Of a stretch of 64,000 nt of DNA, positions 12,362 to 25,570 are shown one piece after another. The translations under genes were made by a program, and so were the position numbers. Source of the stretch: Lepidodermella squamata (lineage: Eukaryota; Animalia; Gastrotricha); assembly GCA_047495785.1 (NCBI GenBank), contig JBLDXI010000103.1:1-64000 (forward strand), written 5' to 3'. Below the pieces are notes generated by a model. That model worked only from the letters and a program-made list of their open reading frames with translations, was not told the origin of the DNA and searched no databases. Numbering within the stretch: position 1 is the stretch's first letter; each line of letters starts with the position of its first letter.

Positions 12362-13366
12362 TCTATCGCTCGAAGAAATGTTTAACAAAGGAGTTTTAGG
12401 CACAGTTGAGCTCAAAGTGCTGGAACACGCCATTGCCGACTACAACGCTAGTCAAAATTGGTCCGAAAATTTCGACTCAGCGCTTTTGAAATCAATGGCT
12501 GGTCGAATTGCTGCATTATTGTGAATAATTTGATGATTGCTTCAATTATGGATCGTCTGTTTTGTTTGATAATAAAATTCATATAATTAGCCTGGTCTGT
12601 TGTATCCAAGATATAAGCTCCGTGGACCATAAAAACGCGTGATGCATGTCAGGACAATTCAGAAGGATTGTCCGCACAAGAAACACCCGCGGACATCATA
12701 AACTCGGATTACACGTTCGGGGACACCTAATTTGGTAAATCAGGCATTAAAAGTGCGTGAAAAATCAGGTCGACGCAAGATGGTTTAGTCTTGGATTCCG
12801 GGATCAAAATGTCGGCTGTGTCTTGTGTTAATGAGTCTACAATTCAAAGGGTGAAACTGCTACTTGAGTTCAAGATTTGGAACTGGTCATTTGATAATCA
12901 ATCACCGTGACCATGTTCAGGACTGTCTTTGTTAAGTAAGTAGGATAAGTTTTAGCGGGGGCCTTTTGAATTTTCAAAAGGTTTTTTGAGACACTGCCAT
13001 TTCGAAGAAAACGCACCTGGAAATTCCCAATATTTATACATTTACATTTGATGCTGATAACTTGAGAAGCATTGTTCAACCACGTGCTTTTAGTCTGGGT
13101 AAGGAATTAGTTGCCAGCGAAATGACAGAGTGACACGCGAAGCTTCAAGTCAAAGTGTCCGAAGTCAACCACTGGAACTGAGTTGTAAATAGGTTACTAA
13201 CTTGAGCTTTTTATCATCGCCCACATAGCCTGAGCAAATTAGCGGAAAATCGCGGTTAAACGCCATGACGTGTTTTATTGCGCATTTAAAAGCGAAAACA
13301 TTGCTTCTGATATTCCGGTAAACTAAACAGATTTCGAGCCATAAAATCAACTTCAATAAACCTGCT

Positions 13367-13756
13367 ATGCTACTTCTCAACGTGGTTATTCTGCTCTTGT
13401 TAACATCCAATGTAATCCTAGCGGCTCAAGACGAAGGTCCTAGAGAGCTGCAGGCCCTGAAAGGTTTGTGTGAATACGTACCCTTAAAGCTAATACATTA
13501 AATTGTTCAATAAATAGGAAGCCTTAAAAGGCAGCTCTTGGTTCTGTTGGGTCGGTCGCCGGACCTCTGGCGAAAACTGCCGCGTAAACTTCGAATTCGG
13601 GTACTGAAAAAGCTGCGAATGGAACATTGCATCGCTGTTCTAAAGTCTCGAGAATTCTGCCGAGATGAAGGTTCTTTTTACGTCTGGGCGAGAACCATTG
13701 CGAAGGAAATCATGGCCGGCAAACACGACAAGGACGTCCTGTCCCACAAACGCTAA
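13367..13756 (+). CDS. Family-A protein, copy 2 (111 aa; exons 13367-13463, 13518-13756)
   Basis: MLLLNVVILLLLTSNVILA signal; same intron position; LRMEHC-x9-CRDEG...AKEIMAGKHDK. Confidence 0.85.
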
Positions 13757-16310
13757 TTCGAAGCGAAAAAAACTACAGGCCATACTCATCACAAAACACT
13801 GACAATATTTGTGGATGAATCACCTTCTTTCAATCATCTGTGTGAATAAAATTTGTCAATTTTTCACAATGGAACAATTAAGACACCAACCATTTGTTAT
13901 TGATGGTATTGAATTATTTTGAATCTTTCCAATCGCGAGGAAATTGTAACATGGCTACAGAAGTGGCAGAGAGGCTGCGTACGTTTGAGCTTTCGCCGTT
14001 TGCAGTCAATAAATTAACTTGTTATTCTCTCAGTTTCCAGGTATGTCAGAAGTCACATGTCTTCGACATATTTTTCAAGTTAGTTTTAAGCAAGTAAGCT
14101 GATTAAATTAAAATACGACTGTAATCACCCAAAAACAAACTTGAATAAGCCTTAATCCGACGTATTCAAGCGGTCTGGGGAAGTTTACGACAAGTAAAAA
14201 TGCCTGCACACAAAATATGAGACTGTTCAAATGCCCCTTTCCGGCAATTAGTCGGCGACTCTTTTTATAATATCCATACATTTGATAATTTAGACAATTT
14301 CAACCTTGAAGTTGTTCTTGTGATGAGAAGGAAATCAGTTGTCATGTAAGCTGGCACAAGCGCCCAATTTTCTCCGCCTGTAGCTTCGGAATGATCTGGA
14401 ATGTATATATGATCAAACGAGTCATTACCCTTGTGGCTGAGAAAAGAGGTACATATCAGAAGGAAATCACTAGACCTAGGAATCGATAGTTCGCGCGGAA
14501 ATATAAATGGAAAAATATCCGTCCAAAATGGCTCATTTCATGACCTAATGTCGATCGAATAAGCTGAATCGCTGGCATCGATCATCGATCCCAATATTTC
14601 ATACATATGAAGGGTCAAAGTCCTAGAATCTAACCCAGTTGCTATTTTAGATCTACCCAAGATCTCATTTTCATGGGATGGGATGCTGAAACTCGTTCGA
14701 TCTTGTATCATCTATTACATTACTTTATTACAAAGTGATATACAAGCTATTAGTACGTAAAATAATCTTTGCATAAGGCGTTAACCAATTCCAAGCACCA
14801 AATCAGACGGCTGAAATCAGACTTGTTTCTTGTACTTATGAAAGAATGCGCACATTTTCAGGCCGGAATATGTGCACAGAATACAGACAGGGTGCGTAGT
14901 ACAAGGGTGATGGGATGTCGCAACACTACAGCCCCAGGACTCTAACCAAAGAAAACTTAAAATACCACAACGGGAACCCTTTGGTTTCTTCGGCTGGGAG
15001 CTAGAAAGCAATACAGTTCCCGGGTCCTACTTCGCACACTGAATACAGATGAAAAAAGTGAAACAATGATTTTGAGGATTTTGAGTCCGAAATGATTGTT
15101 CTTTTCTGTTAAACAAGTTTTCTTGTTATAATGAAGCAATAATATCTCTTTCGCAATTGTACCATCCTGATTTTATCGTCTCATTCGGGGAGCAAAATTG
15201 ATGGAAGAAGATTTAGCTCTCATTCCTTTTTAAATAAAGCCATCTAAATATACAGAGCAGTAATGATTATGAAATAAATGGTATAGTAGTTTTTGATCTA
15301 GCGAGCAAAGTGAGCAAATTTTTAGCAAAATCAACAAAAAATACGCTGATCCGATTAGAATAGTTATTTTCTATTTTCCGTTTTTTACTGGGTCGATATG
15401 GTTGACTGCCATCGACCAAACCTACATGCATACATAACGAACTACGAACAGCAGCAATCTAACAGCTTTTTGCTACACTCAGTCAGTTTCTTGCGACGTT
15501 CGCTAAGCCACCCTTTATAAATTGTCTAAATTGTACCTTAAAATTCAAAAAGGTGTTTATGCATTCTTTAACCTTACAGGAAAACTTCACATGTCGTTTT
15601 TGACCTCAATCATAAAGGGGAATTTTGCGTGTACGTAAGATGTTCAAAATTTTTACCGGATTACGGTATTGCTATTTTTAAGCCAATGAATATCCGAATG
15701 GCTGCTCTATTGTCGAAAACGGAAAATTAATTAGTCCATGTTCTAAATATAAAATAGACTTTCTGAAATAGATATACTCAATTCACACCGGCTAGTGATC
15801 GTACCCTATAAAAAGATTATTATTCCCGAATACAAGGAAGAAAATTCGATGTACATTTGACAAGGTGTCAGTCGTTTCAGTACATGGAGGAAGGTTTGTC
15901 CACCTAAGTTGGAACTCAGTTGCACCTCCTTGAACACGCACAACAGACATGACCCGAATTTTCATGATAAAGGGCGTTGAAAATAATTGAGTGATGTTAT
16001 CTTAGACTTAACAGTTCAGCAATTGTCCGTTGCAAATCGAGCCTAAGTAAAGCTTTTCGCCGATTGTATGTTGATTCGCAATGATTTAGAAGGAAGGGTT
16101 ATTTTCCAGGCAGTTGCTGAGACATTCTGTCCACGGTCTAGTAGGCTGTTTATCCTGCATAGGTTGAGCGGAAAAACATTGCCTTCGCAAATTAGCAGGG
16201 TTGCACACCATGACACTTTTTTAAGCCCATTCGTTTCCTTTTGGAATTCGAATTAAGTGATATTCAGCTATAATAATACAAGTTTCATCTCAGCTTAGAA
16301 TAAAGCCGTT

Positions 16311-16641
16311 ATGCTACTTCGTGAAGTAGTAATTTTGGTATTGTTATCATCCACAGTTATTCTAGCGACTCAGACGGAAAGCTCCAGAAAATGGATAAAA
16401 TTCCTGAAAGGTTAGTTTTTCGTTTTTGCTTTTGTTCATAATGCCATTCTGATGGTTTTGAAAGTTCAAAATTGTAGAGGTTTTTTCATATTTCAACGGC
16501 CAAGTTCAACGGCCTAAAAATTGCTCCGCAGACACGAATTTTATTACTAGGCAAACGGTGAATCGTCAACGAACTAATATCTTATTCACCTAACAGGAAG
16601 CCTCAAAAAGCAGCTCAAAGCTTTGCTGGGTAGGGTTCCAG
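16311..16641 (+). pseudogene. Family-A protein, copy 3, truncated in exon 2 at the arm end
   Basis: Exon 1 16311-16410; exon 2 from 16597 (GSLKKQLKALLGRVP), then unrelated sequence. Confidence 0.85.
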
Positions 16642-16718
16642 CCAGGAACCGAACAACGCCGATGTGGCCGTTGGCAGCGGCGTTCCAAAGCGGTGTTATT
16701 TCGTCATTATCTGCCGTA

Positions 16719-18665
16719 GATACGGTTGCTGGGTTGTATGGCAACTGAGCAACTGAGCAACGAAAATTGGGAATACGACTATTCGACAGCGACAATTCAG
16801 CAAACGTCAATTCGGCAAGATTTTTTTATACGATTGAAAACGACAACTCGGCAAACGACTACTCGGCAGTGAAAATCAGTGTGGTATACGGTTATAACCA
16901 CGGTTTTAACTAGCCGGTTATAACCGAGTTTTAACCGGTCATTTCAAAATTCGTTTTAACCAACTGTCGTTTAAACTCCCTAAATCCCAGCTGATTTTGA
17001 TTTGAAAATTTGAATTTGAATTTTGAATTTCGATCGCCATGTTGATCGGCTTATAAATCCAGCATATTACATGGCTGATTTCAACCCCAGCTGTGGACCC
17101 CACCTTGGGGACGAAAATATTAATGAGAAAGAAGTGTCAGCTTGCTCGCGATGGTCTTCTCGCAGCTGATCTCGCACCAGGTTCCGTTGACTTACTGAGA
17201 GCCGAATGCCCCTGTTTGTAAGGTGGTCTCGCAGCTGGTGTTGACATAAGAGCCTTGTTTCTAGCTCAATCACACATCATACATGACTCGTCAATTCTCA
17301 AGGTATTTACACAGTAATTAACCTCTTAGTCCTGTAGGTATTTACTCGAAAATCAAAAGTCGAAAATTTGCCTAACCTTCTGGGGTTTAGTGACAGTAAA
17401 TAACGGGTGTGACCTGCAACTCCTGCTCAACCTCGCAGCAAATAATCCCATCTAATCCTATTTAATTCCAATGCGCCAAAAAGCACTGAGCTAAAGAATT
17501 ATCTCGACTTTAGACCTCATCTGGGCGGCCTTGAAGAACAGGCTGTCGCTAGCAACTGTCAATAAAATTGTTTGTTTACCAAGGATTTATGCGAGGCGAG
17601 CAGCGTTCGTTGAGCGCGAAAGTGAAAGCAAATAAACAGCTCTTTTCAAAATTTAGGTGGAAGAAACACCTATCATAATAATTTTCGAAGGGGACCTTGA
17701 ACTGAAAACATTGCTATCGAGGAAATTGATGTATTGTTGGCCCTAGAATTTGAGTGAACTAATGAGTGAGCCTTCTAGTGTAAATTATGAATAAAAACAA
17801 CTCTTTTCGATAACTTTTGATCAGGTTTAGTAAAAACTGGTTGAAACCGCGGTTTTAACTGAGTTAAAACCAAAAGTTGGTTAATTCCGAATTAACTTAG
17901 GTCAATATACCACACTGGTGAAAATTCATCGTACCCTTCAGCAACAATTCGGTAGAAGACAACTCGACAATTCACTAACACTATAACGACAACTCAACAT
18001 TAGCTATAGATTGGGAAGTGTTGAGAGCCACATCGCGCATAAAATAACCGTCAGATAAACTTTTCAAGCCTGTCGGAAAAACCAGGGTTGGAATAGGGGA
18101 ATTTGTGATAATCATTTTGAGAAAATAAAACATCCAACTTAACATTTCACGAAAATTATTCTTCGTTGTAAAAGAAAATCACTTTTCATTCGGCGAATTT
18201 TTTCTTGTTTGCAACTTGATTTTGGTCAACCTTCATTCGTCGGCGAAATTTTCCTGCTGTCCGGCTGGCCGAAGAATCAGTAGTCAAGAGTCATGGAACA
18301 GAACGCCGATATCAAGCCCCGATCATCAAGCCAAGATTATCAGTTGCCTTGGTTCGATGGAGTCTTGAAACGGACAACTCGTTGCCTCGATGAAGAAGCC
18401 ACTCAAACCGATTACCAGCCGGTTTCGCACAGAAATCAATGCATCGCGCCGTCTGGATGAAGACTGACAACAATAAAAGCCATCCGAGCTCGCTGCATGG
18501 TATCTAACGGTATTCAGGTTGCGGCGGAAATTAATCCTGGATATGGGTGGATTTTGCCGGTCGAAGACTCGCCGCGAGAAACCAGTCATTGTCGCGTCTA
18601 ATGTTGCTATGGCTAGTCGCTGAATTTCTGCGTTGTCGCTGAAAACTGCGAATCAGGAGGGAAAC
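16719..18665. mobile_element. Unclassified ~1.9-kb insertion hosting a nested MITE
   Basis: CCGTA direct repeats at 16714-16718 and 18666-18670; subterminal CGACAA(C/T)TC repeats; it interrupts the ankyrin frame. Confidence 0.5.
16877..17917. mobile_element. Non-autonomous hAT-like element
   Basis: 12-bp TIR CAGTGTGGTATA, perfect 8-bp TSD GTGAAAAT, subterminal GGTT..AACC repeats. Confidence 0.88.
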
Positions 18666-19187
18666 CCGTATCTGCATCGCGACAGCTGCCAGCAAGAGAT
18701 TTCGACGACCTCGTTTTTCGCCTCATTCCGCCTCATTTTGTCAAATTTGTATCTTTGCACGTGAAATTGCTTTTAAATAAAATTGAGGTTTTCGTTGGCT
18801 CCGCATACACAGAGCACTGAAAGTAAGAAAACAGCTAGACTGATAGAGATTGAGGCGCATCCTTAGAATTCATAAGAATATTCATTCTGCAATTAAACGG
18901 TAAGGTTATTGCAAAAACAAAAATGACAAACGAAACGAAATCTATGTGTTTTCCTTTGCCTTCTAATTAAAAATTCAATAATTCAATAATTCAACTACAA
19001 CATCATAACCTATATCAATATCAATGATATAAAAAGACAAAGGCGAGGGCATAGGGCAGATGGGCGCTTGTCGAAGACAGTGCACTGCGCTGCGCCGCGA
19101 GAGAGGCGGCACGTTATATCCAATTTATCACTGACAGCGTATTTATCACTGTTAAAATATAAGTAAATGATATTCTATAAATCAGCT

Positions 19188-19571
19188 CTAGTGAGACATA
19201 ATGTCTTTATCGTGCTTGCCGGCCATAATTTCCTTTGCCTTAGATCGTGCCCACACGTAGAAAGAACCTTCATTTCGGCAGATATCTCGAGACTGTAAAA
19301 CAGCTATGCAATGTTCCATGCGGAGCCTCTTCAGTGCCCGAATTCGGAGGTTTCGCGGCAGCTTTTGCCAAAAGTCCGGTGACTTACCCAACAGAGCCAA
19401 AAGCTGATGTTTTAGGCTTCCTTCAAATAGAGACCATAAGTTGCATATTTACTACTTTTTGAAAAACAAACCTTTCGTGGCTTGTTTGAGTTTCTTCGAT
19501 CCTTCATTCCGAGCAGTTTGGATTATACAGGAAAGTATTAGGACTACAATAATTACTCTGTGAAACCGCAT
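19188..19571 (-). CDS. Family-A protein, copy 4 (110 aa; exons 19571-19472, 19420-19188)
   Basis: MRFHRVIIVVLILSCIIQTA signal; same intron; LRMEHC-x9-CRNEG...AKEIMAGKHDK. Confidence 0.85.
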
Positions 19572-21102
19572 ATCAGCCTTGTTTGAGTTGATTGTGTAGC
19601 GCCGATACGTTGATCAATTATTCAGAATTTCTAAAATGAAAAAATGTTGACGATTACTAAGCTCGTAACTTTCTTTCAGATTAAATTGCAAACGTCTGTT
19701 TTCCGTCACTTTACTGGAAACTAATTTGGCATAACTACGTCTATCCGCGCTCAATTAGAATTTGAGGAGCACGATTTGGCTTGAAAACGGAAGCCCATAA
19801 ATTCCTAAGTCTCGTCTGTAAGGCGATACGTAGTGATCAGATAGCGGAAGGATGAGCATAAAAAACGGATGCTCTAGTTACGTGGCTGACTTGGCAAAGA
19901 TTCAAGAAGTTTCTTGAATGTTTTCGCCATTAGTTTATATTCTTGGCGATTCTCGTTCTGCCGCCCACCGCCTACCCCGCAATACGCTATATAAAACTCA
20001 TACTTTCGATCATGCAATCCTGCAATCATGCAAAAAATGAGTCCTTGATTATGAGCAATTCCTTCTGATTTATCTAATCTTTTGAAATTGATCGATGCAA
20101 TGTGAGATGTTTCTTCAGCAATTTTTCTTTCTTTACTTGATTTTACTTTAGCTTTTCTATCTTTTGGGTTTCAGACCTTTAGGTTGCAAGATAGCTACAA
20201 TTGCAGTACAAATACCTCGACAACCACGACATTTCATTAGGTTAAAATTTCCGATAAGGTGGATAGCTCATTCGTGCCACCGGTCACTATAGTAAGTAGG
20301 ATACTACATGATAGAAAAATGCAGGCATGGTGAAATTTTCAGGAAACGATAGAGCGGAATAGCGCATTCACTGAGAAAGAAATAAAAAATGGCCGATTTC
20401 ATGAAACGTTCTCTATGCCACTGAGAGAGTGGAGGTCTCAGCCATCACAGATCATAGCAGGGTCTTGTCTCGGGCTCTATTCTTGAGGCAGCTCACTTCT
20501 TGATTGGTGACGGCCCATGGCGCTTTGGTTTCATGGGCTGCAAAACCTGAGACTCAAAACCCGAAGTTTTCTTTATCGAAATTTACGATACACTATGTAT
20601 TCTGGATGATAGCTCTATTATAGGCCTATTTTGAAGGAAATAAGAACTTGCCGCGACTCGGACTGTGACTTGTGACTTCATTTTATTTGTAGAAAGGATT
20701 GGAGAGAGATAGACTTCGCCCACATAATATCACCTCAGATTTTTCGAAGAAAACATATATTTTGGCCCTTGTTGGGATCATCTTTGTGCATAAACGTTTT
20801 ATTGTGTTGATTTATGGGTGCGCGAATGTATAGTTGCAGAAATTGCATGCAAACAATGTAATCAAAGCTGTAGCGACAATAAATGAAACTGAAAAAATTA
20901 AACACAGAGGTGAAATTTTAATCGCTTTGCGTAAACCTCAGGAAGACACCGCCGGTACAAAAAAACAAAAGAATTACTCTGAACAACATCTTCGTCGATA
21001 GACCAATGAAGGGGCCAATCTACAGACAGGAATACCATCTTTCATTTTTCTATCGAAGATTTTCAGTATATTTTGGGTAACTTGGTATTTTCTAAAGCAT
21101 CA

Positions 21103-21621
21103 TTAGCGAGACAGAACATCTTTATCGTGTTTCCCGGCCATGATTTCCTTCGCAAATGATCTCGCCCAGATGTAGAAAGTACCTTCATCTCGGCAAACGT
21201 CTCGAGAGTGCAGAACAGCGATGCAGTGGTCCATCCGAAGCTTCTGAAGTAACCGGTCGCGAACTGTCGGCGGCAGGTTTCGCCAGAAGTCTGGAACCCT
21301 ACCCAGCAAAGCTTTGAGCTGCTTTTTGAGGCTTCCTGTTAGGTGAATAAGATATTAGTTCGTTGACGATTCACCGTTTGCCTAGTAATAAAATTCGTGT
21401 CTGCGGAGCAATTTTTAGGCCGTTGAACTTGGCCGTTGAAATATGAAAAAACCTCTACAATTTTGAACTTTCAAAACCATCAGAATGGCATTATGAACAA
21501 AAGCAAAAACGAAAAACTAACCTTTCAGGAATTTTATCCATTTTCTGGAGCTTTCCGTCTGAGTCGCTAGAATAACTGTGGATGATAACAATACCAAAAT
21601 TACTACTTCACGAAGTAGCAT
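21103..21621 (-). CDS. Family-A protein, copy 5 (110 aa; exons 21621-21522, 21335-21103)
   Basis: MLLREVVILVLLSSTVILA-TQTESSRKWIKFLKGSLKKQLKALLG...; intact across the arm boundary at 21291. Confidence 0.87.
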
Positions 21622-24600
21622 AACGGCTTTATTCTAAGCTGAGATGAAACTTGTATTATTATAGCTGAATATCACTTAATTCGAATTCCAAAAGGAAACG
21701 AATGGGCTTAAAAAAGTGTCATGGTGTGCAACCCTGCTAATTTGCGAAGGCAATGTTTTTCCGCTCAACCTATGCAGGATAAACAGCCTACTAGACCGTG
21801 GACAGAATGTCTCAGCAACTGCCTGGAAAATAACCCTTCCTTCTAAATCATTGCGAATCAACATACAATCGGCGAAAAGCTTTACTTAGGCTCGATTTGC
21901 AACGGACAATTGCTGAACTGTTAAGTCTAAGATAACATCACTCAATTATTTTCAACGCCCTTTATCATGAAAATTCGGGTCATGTCTGTTGTGCGTGTTC
22001 AAGGAGGTGCAACTGAGTTCCAACTTAGGTGGACAAACCTTCCTCCATGTACTGAAACGACTGACACCTTGTCAAATGTACATCGAATTTTCTTCCTTGT
22101 ATTCGGGAATAATAATCTTTTTATAGGGTACGATCACTAGCCGGTGTGAATTGAGTATATCTATTTCAGAAAGTCTATTTTATATTTAGAACATGGACTA
22201 ATTAATTTTCCGTTTTCGACAATAGAGCAGCCATTCGGATATTCATTGGCTTAAAAATAGCAATACCGTAATCCGGTAAAAATTTTGAACATCTTACGTA
22301 CACGCAAAATTCCCCTTTATGATTGAGGTCAAAAACGACATGTGAAGTTTTCCTGTAAGGTTAAAGAATGCATAAACACCTTTTTGAATTTTAAGGTACA
22401 ATTTAGACAATTTATAAAGGGTGGCTTAGCGAACGTCGCAAGAAACTGACTGAGTGTAGCAAAAAGCTGTTAGATTGCTGCTGTTCGTAGTTCGTTATGT
22501 ATGCATGTAGGTTTGGTCGATGGCAGTCAACCATATCGACCCAGTAAAAAACGGAAAATAGAAAATAACTATTCTAATCGGATCAGCGTATTTTTTGTTG
22601 ATTTTGCTAAAAATTTGCTCACTTTGCTCGCTAGATCAAAAACTACTATACCATTTATTTCATAATCATTACTGCTCTGTATATTTAGATGGCTTTATTT
22701 AAAAAGGAATGAGAGCTAAATCTTCTTCCATCAATTTTGCTCCCCGAATGAGACGATAAAATCAGGATGGTACAATTGCGAAAGAGATATTATTGCTTCA
22801 TTATAACAAGAAAACTTGTTTAACAGAAAAGAACAATCATTTCGGACTCAAAATCCTCAAAATCATTGTTTCACTTTTTTCATCTGTATTCAGTGTGCGA
22901 AGTAGGACCCGGGAACTGTATTGCTTTCTAGCTCCCAGCCGAAGAAACCAAAGGGTTCCCGTTGTGGTATTTTAAGTTTTCTTTGGTTAGAGTCCTGGGG
23001 CTGTAGTGTTGCGACATCCCATCACCCTTGTACTACGCACCCTGTCTGTATTCTGTGCACATATTCCGGCCTGAAAATGTGCGCATTCTTTCATAAGTAC
23101 AAGAAACAAGTCTGATTTCAGCCGTCTGATTTGGTGCTTGGAATTGGTTAACGCCTTATGCAAAGATTATTTTACGTACTAATAGCTTGTATATCACTTT
23201 GTAATAAAGTAATGTAATAGATGATACAAGATCGAACGAGTTTCAGCATCCCATCCCATGAAAATGAGATCTTGGGTAGATCTAAAATAGCAACTGGGTT
23301 AGATTCTAGGACTTTGACCCTTCATATGTATGAAATATTGGGATCGATGATCGATGCCAGCGATTCAGCTTATTCGATCGACATTAGGTCATGAAATGAG
23401 CCATTTTGGACGGATATTTTTCCATTTATATTTCCGCGCGAACTATCGATTCCTAGGTCTAGTGATTTCCTTCTGATATGTACCTCTTTTCTCAGCCACA
23501 AGGGTAATGACTCGTTTGATCATATATACATTCCAGATCATTCCGAAGCTACAGGCGGAGAAAATTGGGCGCTTGTGCCAGCTTACATGACAACTGATTT
23601 CCTTCTCATCACAAGAACAACTTCAAGGTTGAAATTGTCTAAATTATCAAATGTATGGATATTATAAAAAGAGTCGCCGACTAATTGCCGGAAAGGGGCA
23701 TTTGAACAGTCTCATATTTTGTGTGCAGGCATTTTTACTTGTCGTAAACTTCCCCAGACCGCTTGAATACGTCGGATTAAGGCTTATTCAAGTTTGTTTT
23801 TGGGTGATTACAGTCGTATTTTAATTTAATCAGCTTACTTGCTTAAAACTAACTTGAAAAATATGTCGAAGACATGTGACTTCTGACATACCTGGAAACT
23901 GAGAGAATAACAAGTTAATTTATTGACTGCAAACGGCGAAAGCTCAAACGTACGCAGCCTCTCTGCCACTTCTGTAGCCATGTTACAATTTCCTCGCGAT
24001 TGGAAAGATTCAAAATAATTCAATACCATCAATAACAAATGGTTGGTGTCTTAATTGTTCCATTGTGAAAAATTGACAAATTTTATTCACACAGATGATT
24101 GAAAGAAGGTGATTCATCCACAAATATTGTCAGTGTTTTGTGATGAGTATGGCCTGTAGTTTTTTTCGCTTCGAATTAGCGTTTGTGGGACAGGACGTCC
24201 TTGTCGTGTTTGCCGGCCATGATTTCCTTCGCAATGGTTCTCGCCCAGACGTAAAAAGAACCTTCATCTCGGCAGAATTCTCGAGACTTTAGAACAGCGA
24301 TGCAATGTTCCATTCGCAGCTTTTTCAGTACCCGAATTCGAAGTTTACGCGGCAGTTTTCGCCAGAGGTCCGGCGACCGACCCAACAGAACCAAGAGCTG
24401 CCTTTTAAGGCTTCCTATTTATTGAACAATTTAATGTATTAGCTTTAAGGGTACGTATTCACACAAACCTTTCAGGGCCTGCAGCTCTCTAGGACCTTCG
24501 TCTTGAGCCGCTAGGATTACATTGGATGTTAACAAGAGCAGAATAACCACGTTGAGAAGTAGCATAGCAGGTTTATTGAAGTTGATTTTATGGCTCGAAA

Positions 24601-25570
24601 TCTGTTTAGTTTACCGGAATATCAGAAGCAATGTTTTCGCTTTTAAATGCGCAATAAAACACGTCATGGCGTTTAACCGCGATTTTCCGCTAATTTGCTC
24701 AGGCTATGTGGGCGATGATAAAAAGCTCAAGTTAGTAACCTATTTACAACTCAGTTCCAGTGGTTGACTTCGGACACTTTGACTTGAAGCTTCGCGTGTC
24801 ACTCTGTCATTTCGCTGGCAACTAATTCCTTACCCAGACTAAAAGCACGTGGTTGAACAATGCTTCTCAAGTTATCAGCATCAAATGTAAATGTATAAAT
24901 ATTGGGAATTTCCAGGTGCGTTTTCTTCGAAATGGCAGTGTCTCAAAAAACCTTTTGAAAATTCAAAAGGCCCCCGCTAAAACTTATCCTACTTACTTAA
25001 CAAAGACAGTCCTGAACATGGTCACGGTGATTGATTATCAAATGACCAGTTCCAAATCTTGAACTCAAGTAGCAGTTTCACCCTTTGAATTGTAGACTCA
25101 TTAACACAAGACACAGCCGACATTTTGATCCCGGAATCCAAGACTAAACCATCTTGCGTCGACCTGATTTTTCACGCACTTTTAATGCCTGATTTACCAA
25201 ATTAGGTGTCCCCGAACGTGTAATCCGAGTTTATGATGTCCGCGGGTGTTTCTTGTGCGGACAATCCTTCTGAATTGTCCTGACATGCATCACGCGTTTT
25301 TATGGTCCACGGAGCTTATATCTTGGATACAACAGACCAGGCTAATTATATGAATTTTATTATCAAACAAAACAGACGATCCATAATTGAAGCAATCATC
25401 AAATTATTCACAATAATGCAGCAATTCGACCAGCCATTGATTTCAAAAGCGCTGAGTCGAAATTTTCGGACCAATTTTGACTAGCGTTGTAGTCGGCAAT
25501 GGCGTGTTCCAGCACTTTGAGCTCAACTGTGCCTAAAACTCCTTTGTTAAACATTTCTTCGAGCGATAGA
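21291..25570. repeat. Right arm of inverted duplication 2
   Basis: Mirror of 12362-16641; intact genes cross both of its ends. Confidence 0.97.
24176..24565 (-). CDS. Family-A protein, copy 6 (identical mirror of copy 2)
   Basis: Reverse complement of 13367-13756. Confidence 0.85.

Larger units (their letters stand above)
12362..16641. repeat. Left arm of inverted duplication 2 (4280 bp)
   Basis: Reverse complement of 21291-25570; all paired ORFs are identical, coordinate sum 37932. Confidence 0.97.
16642..18720 (-). pseudogene. Ankyrin-repeat remnant split by an insertion
   Basis: Removing 16719-18665 and one CCGTA gives LAGSCRDADTADNDEITPLWNAAANGHIGVVRFL, preceded by EVVEI after a 1-nt shift. 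Confidence 0.6.
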
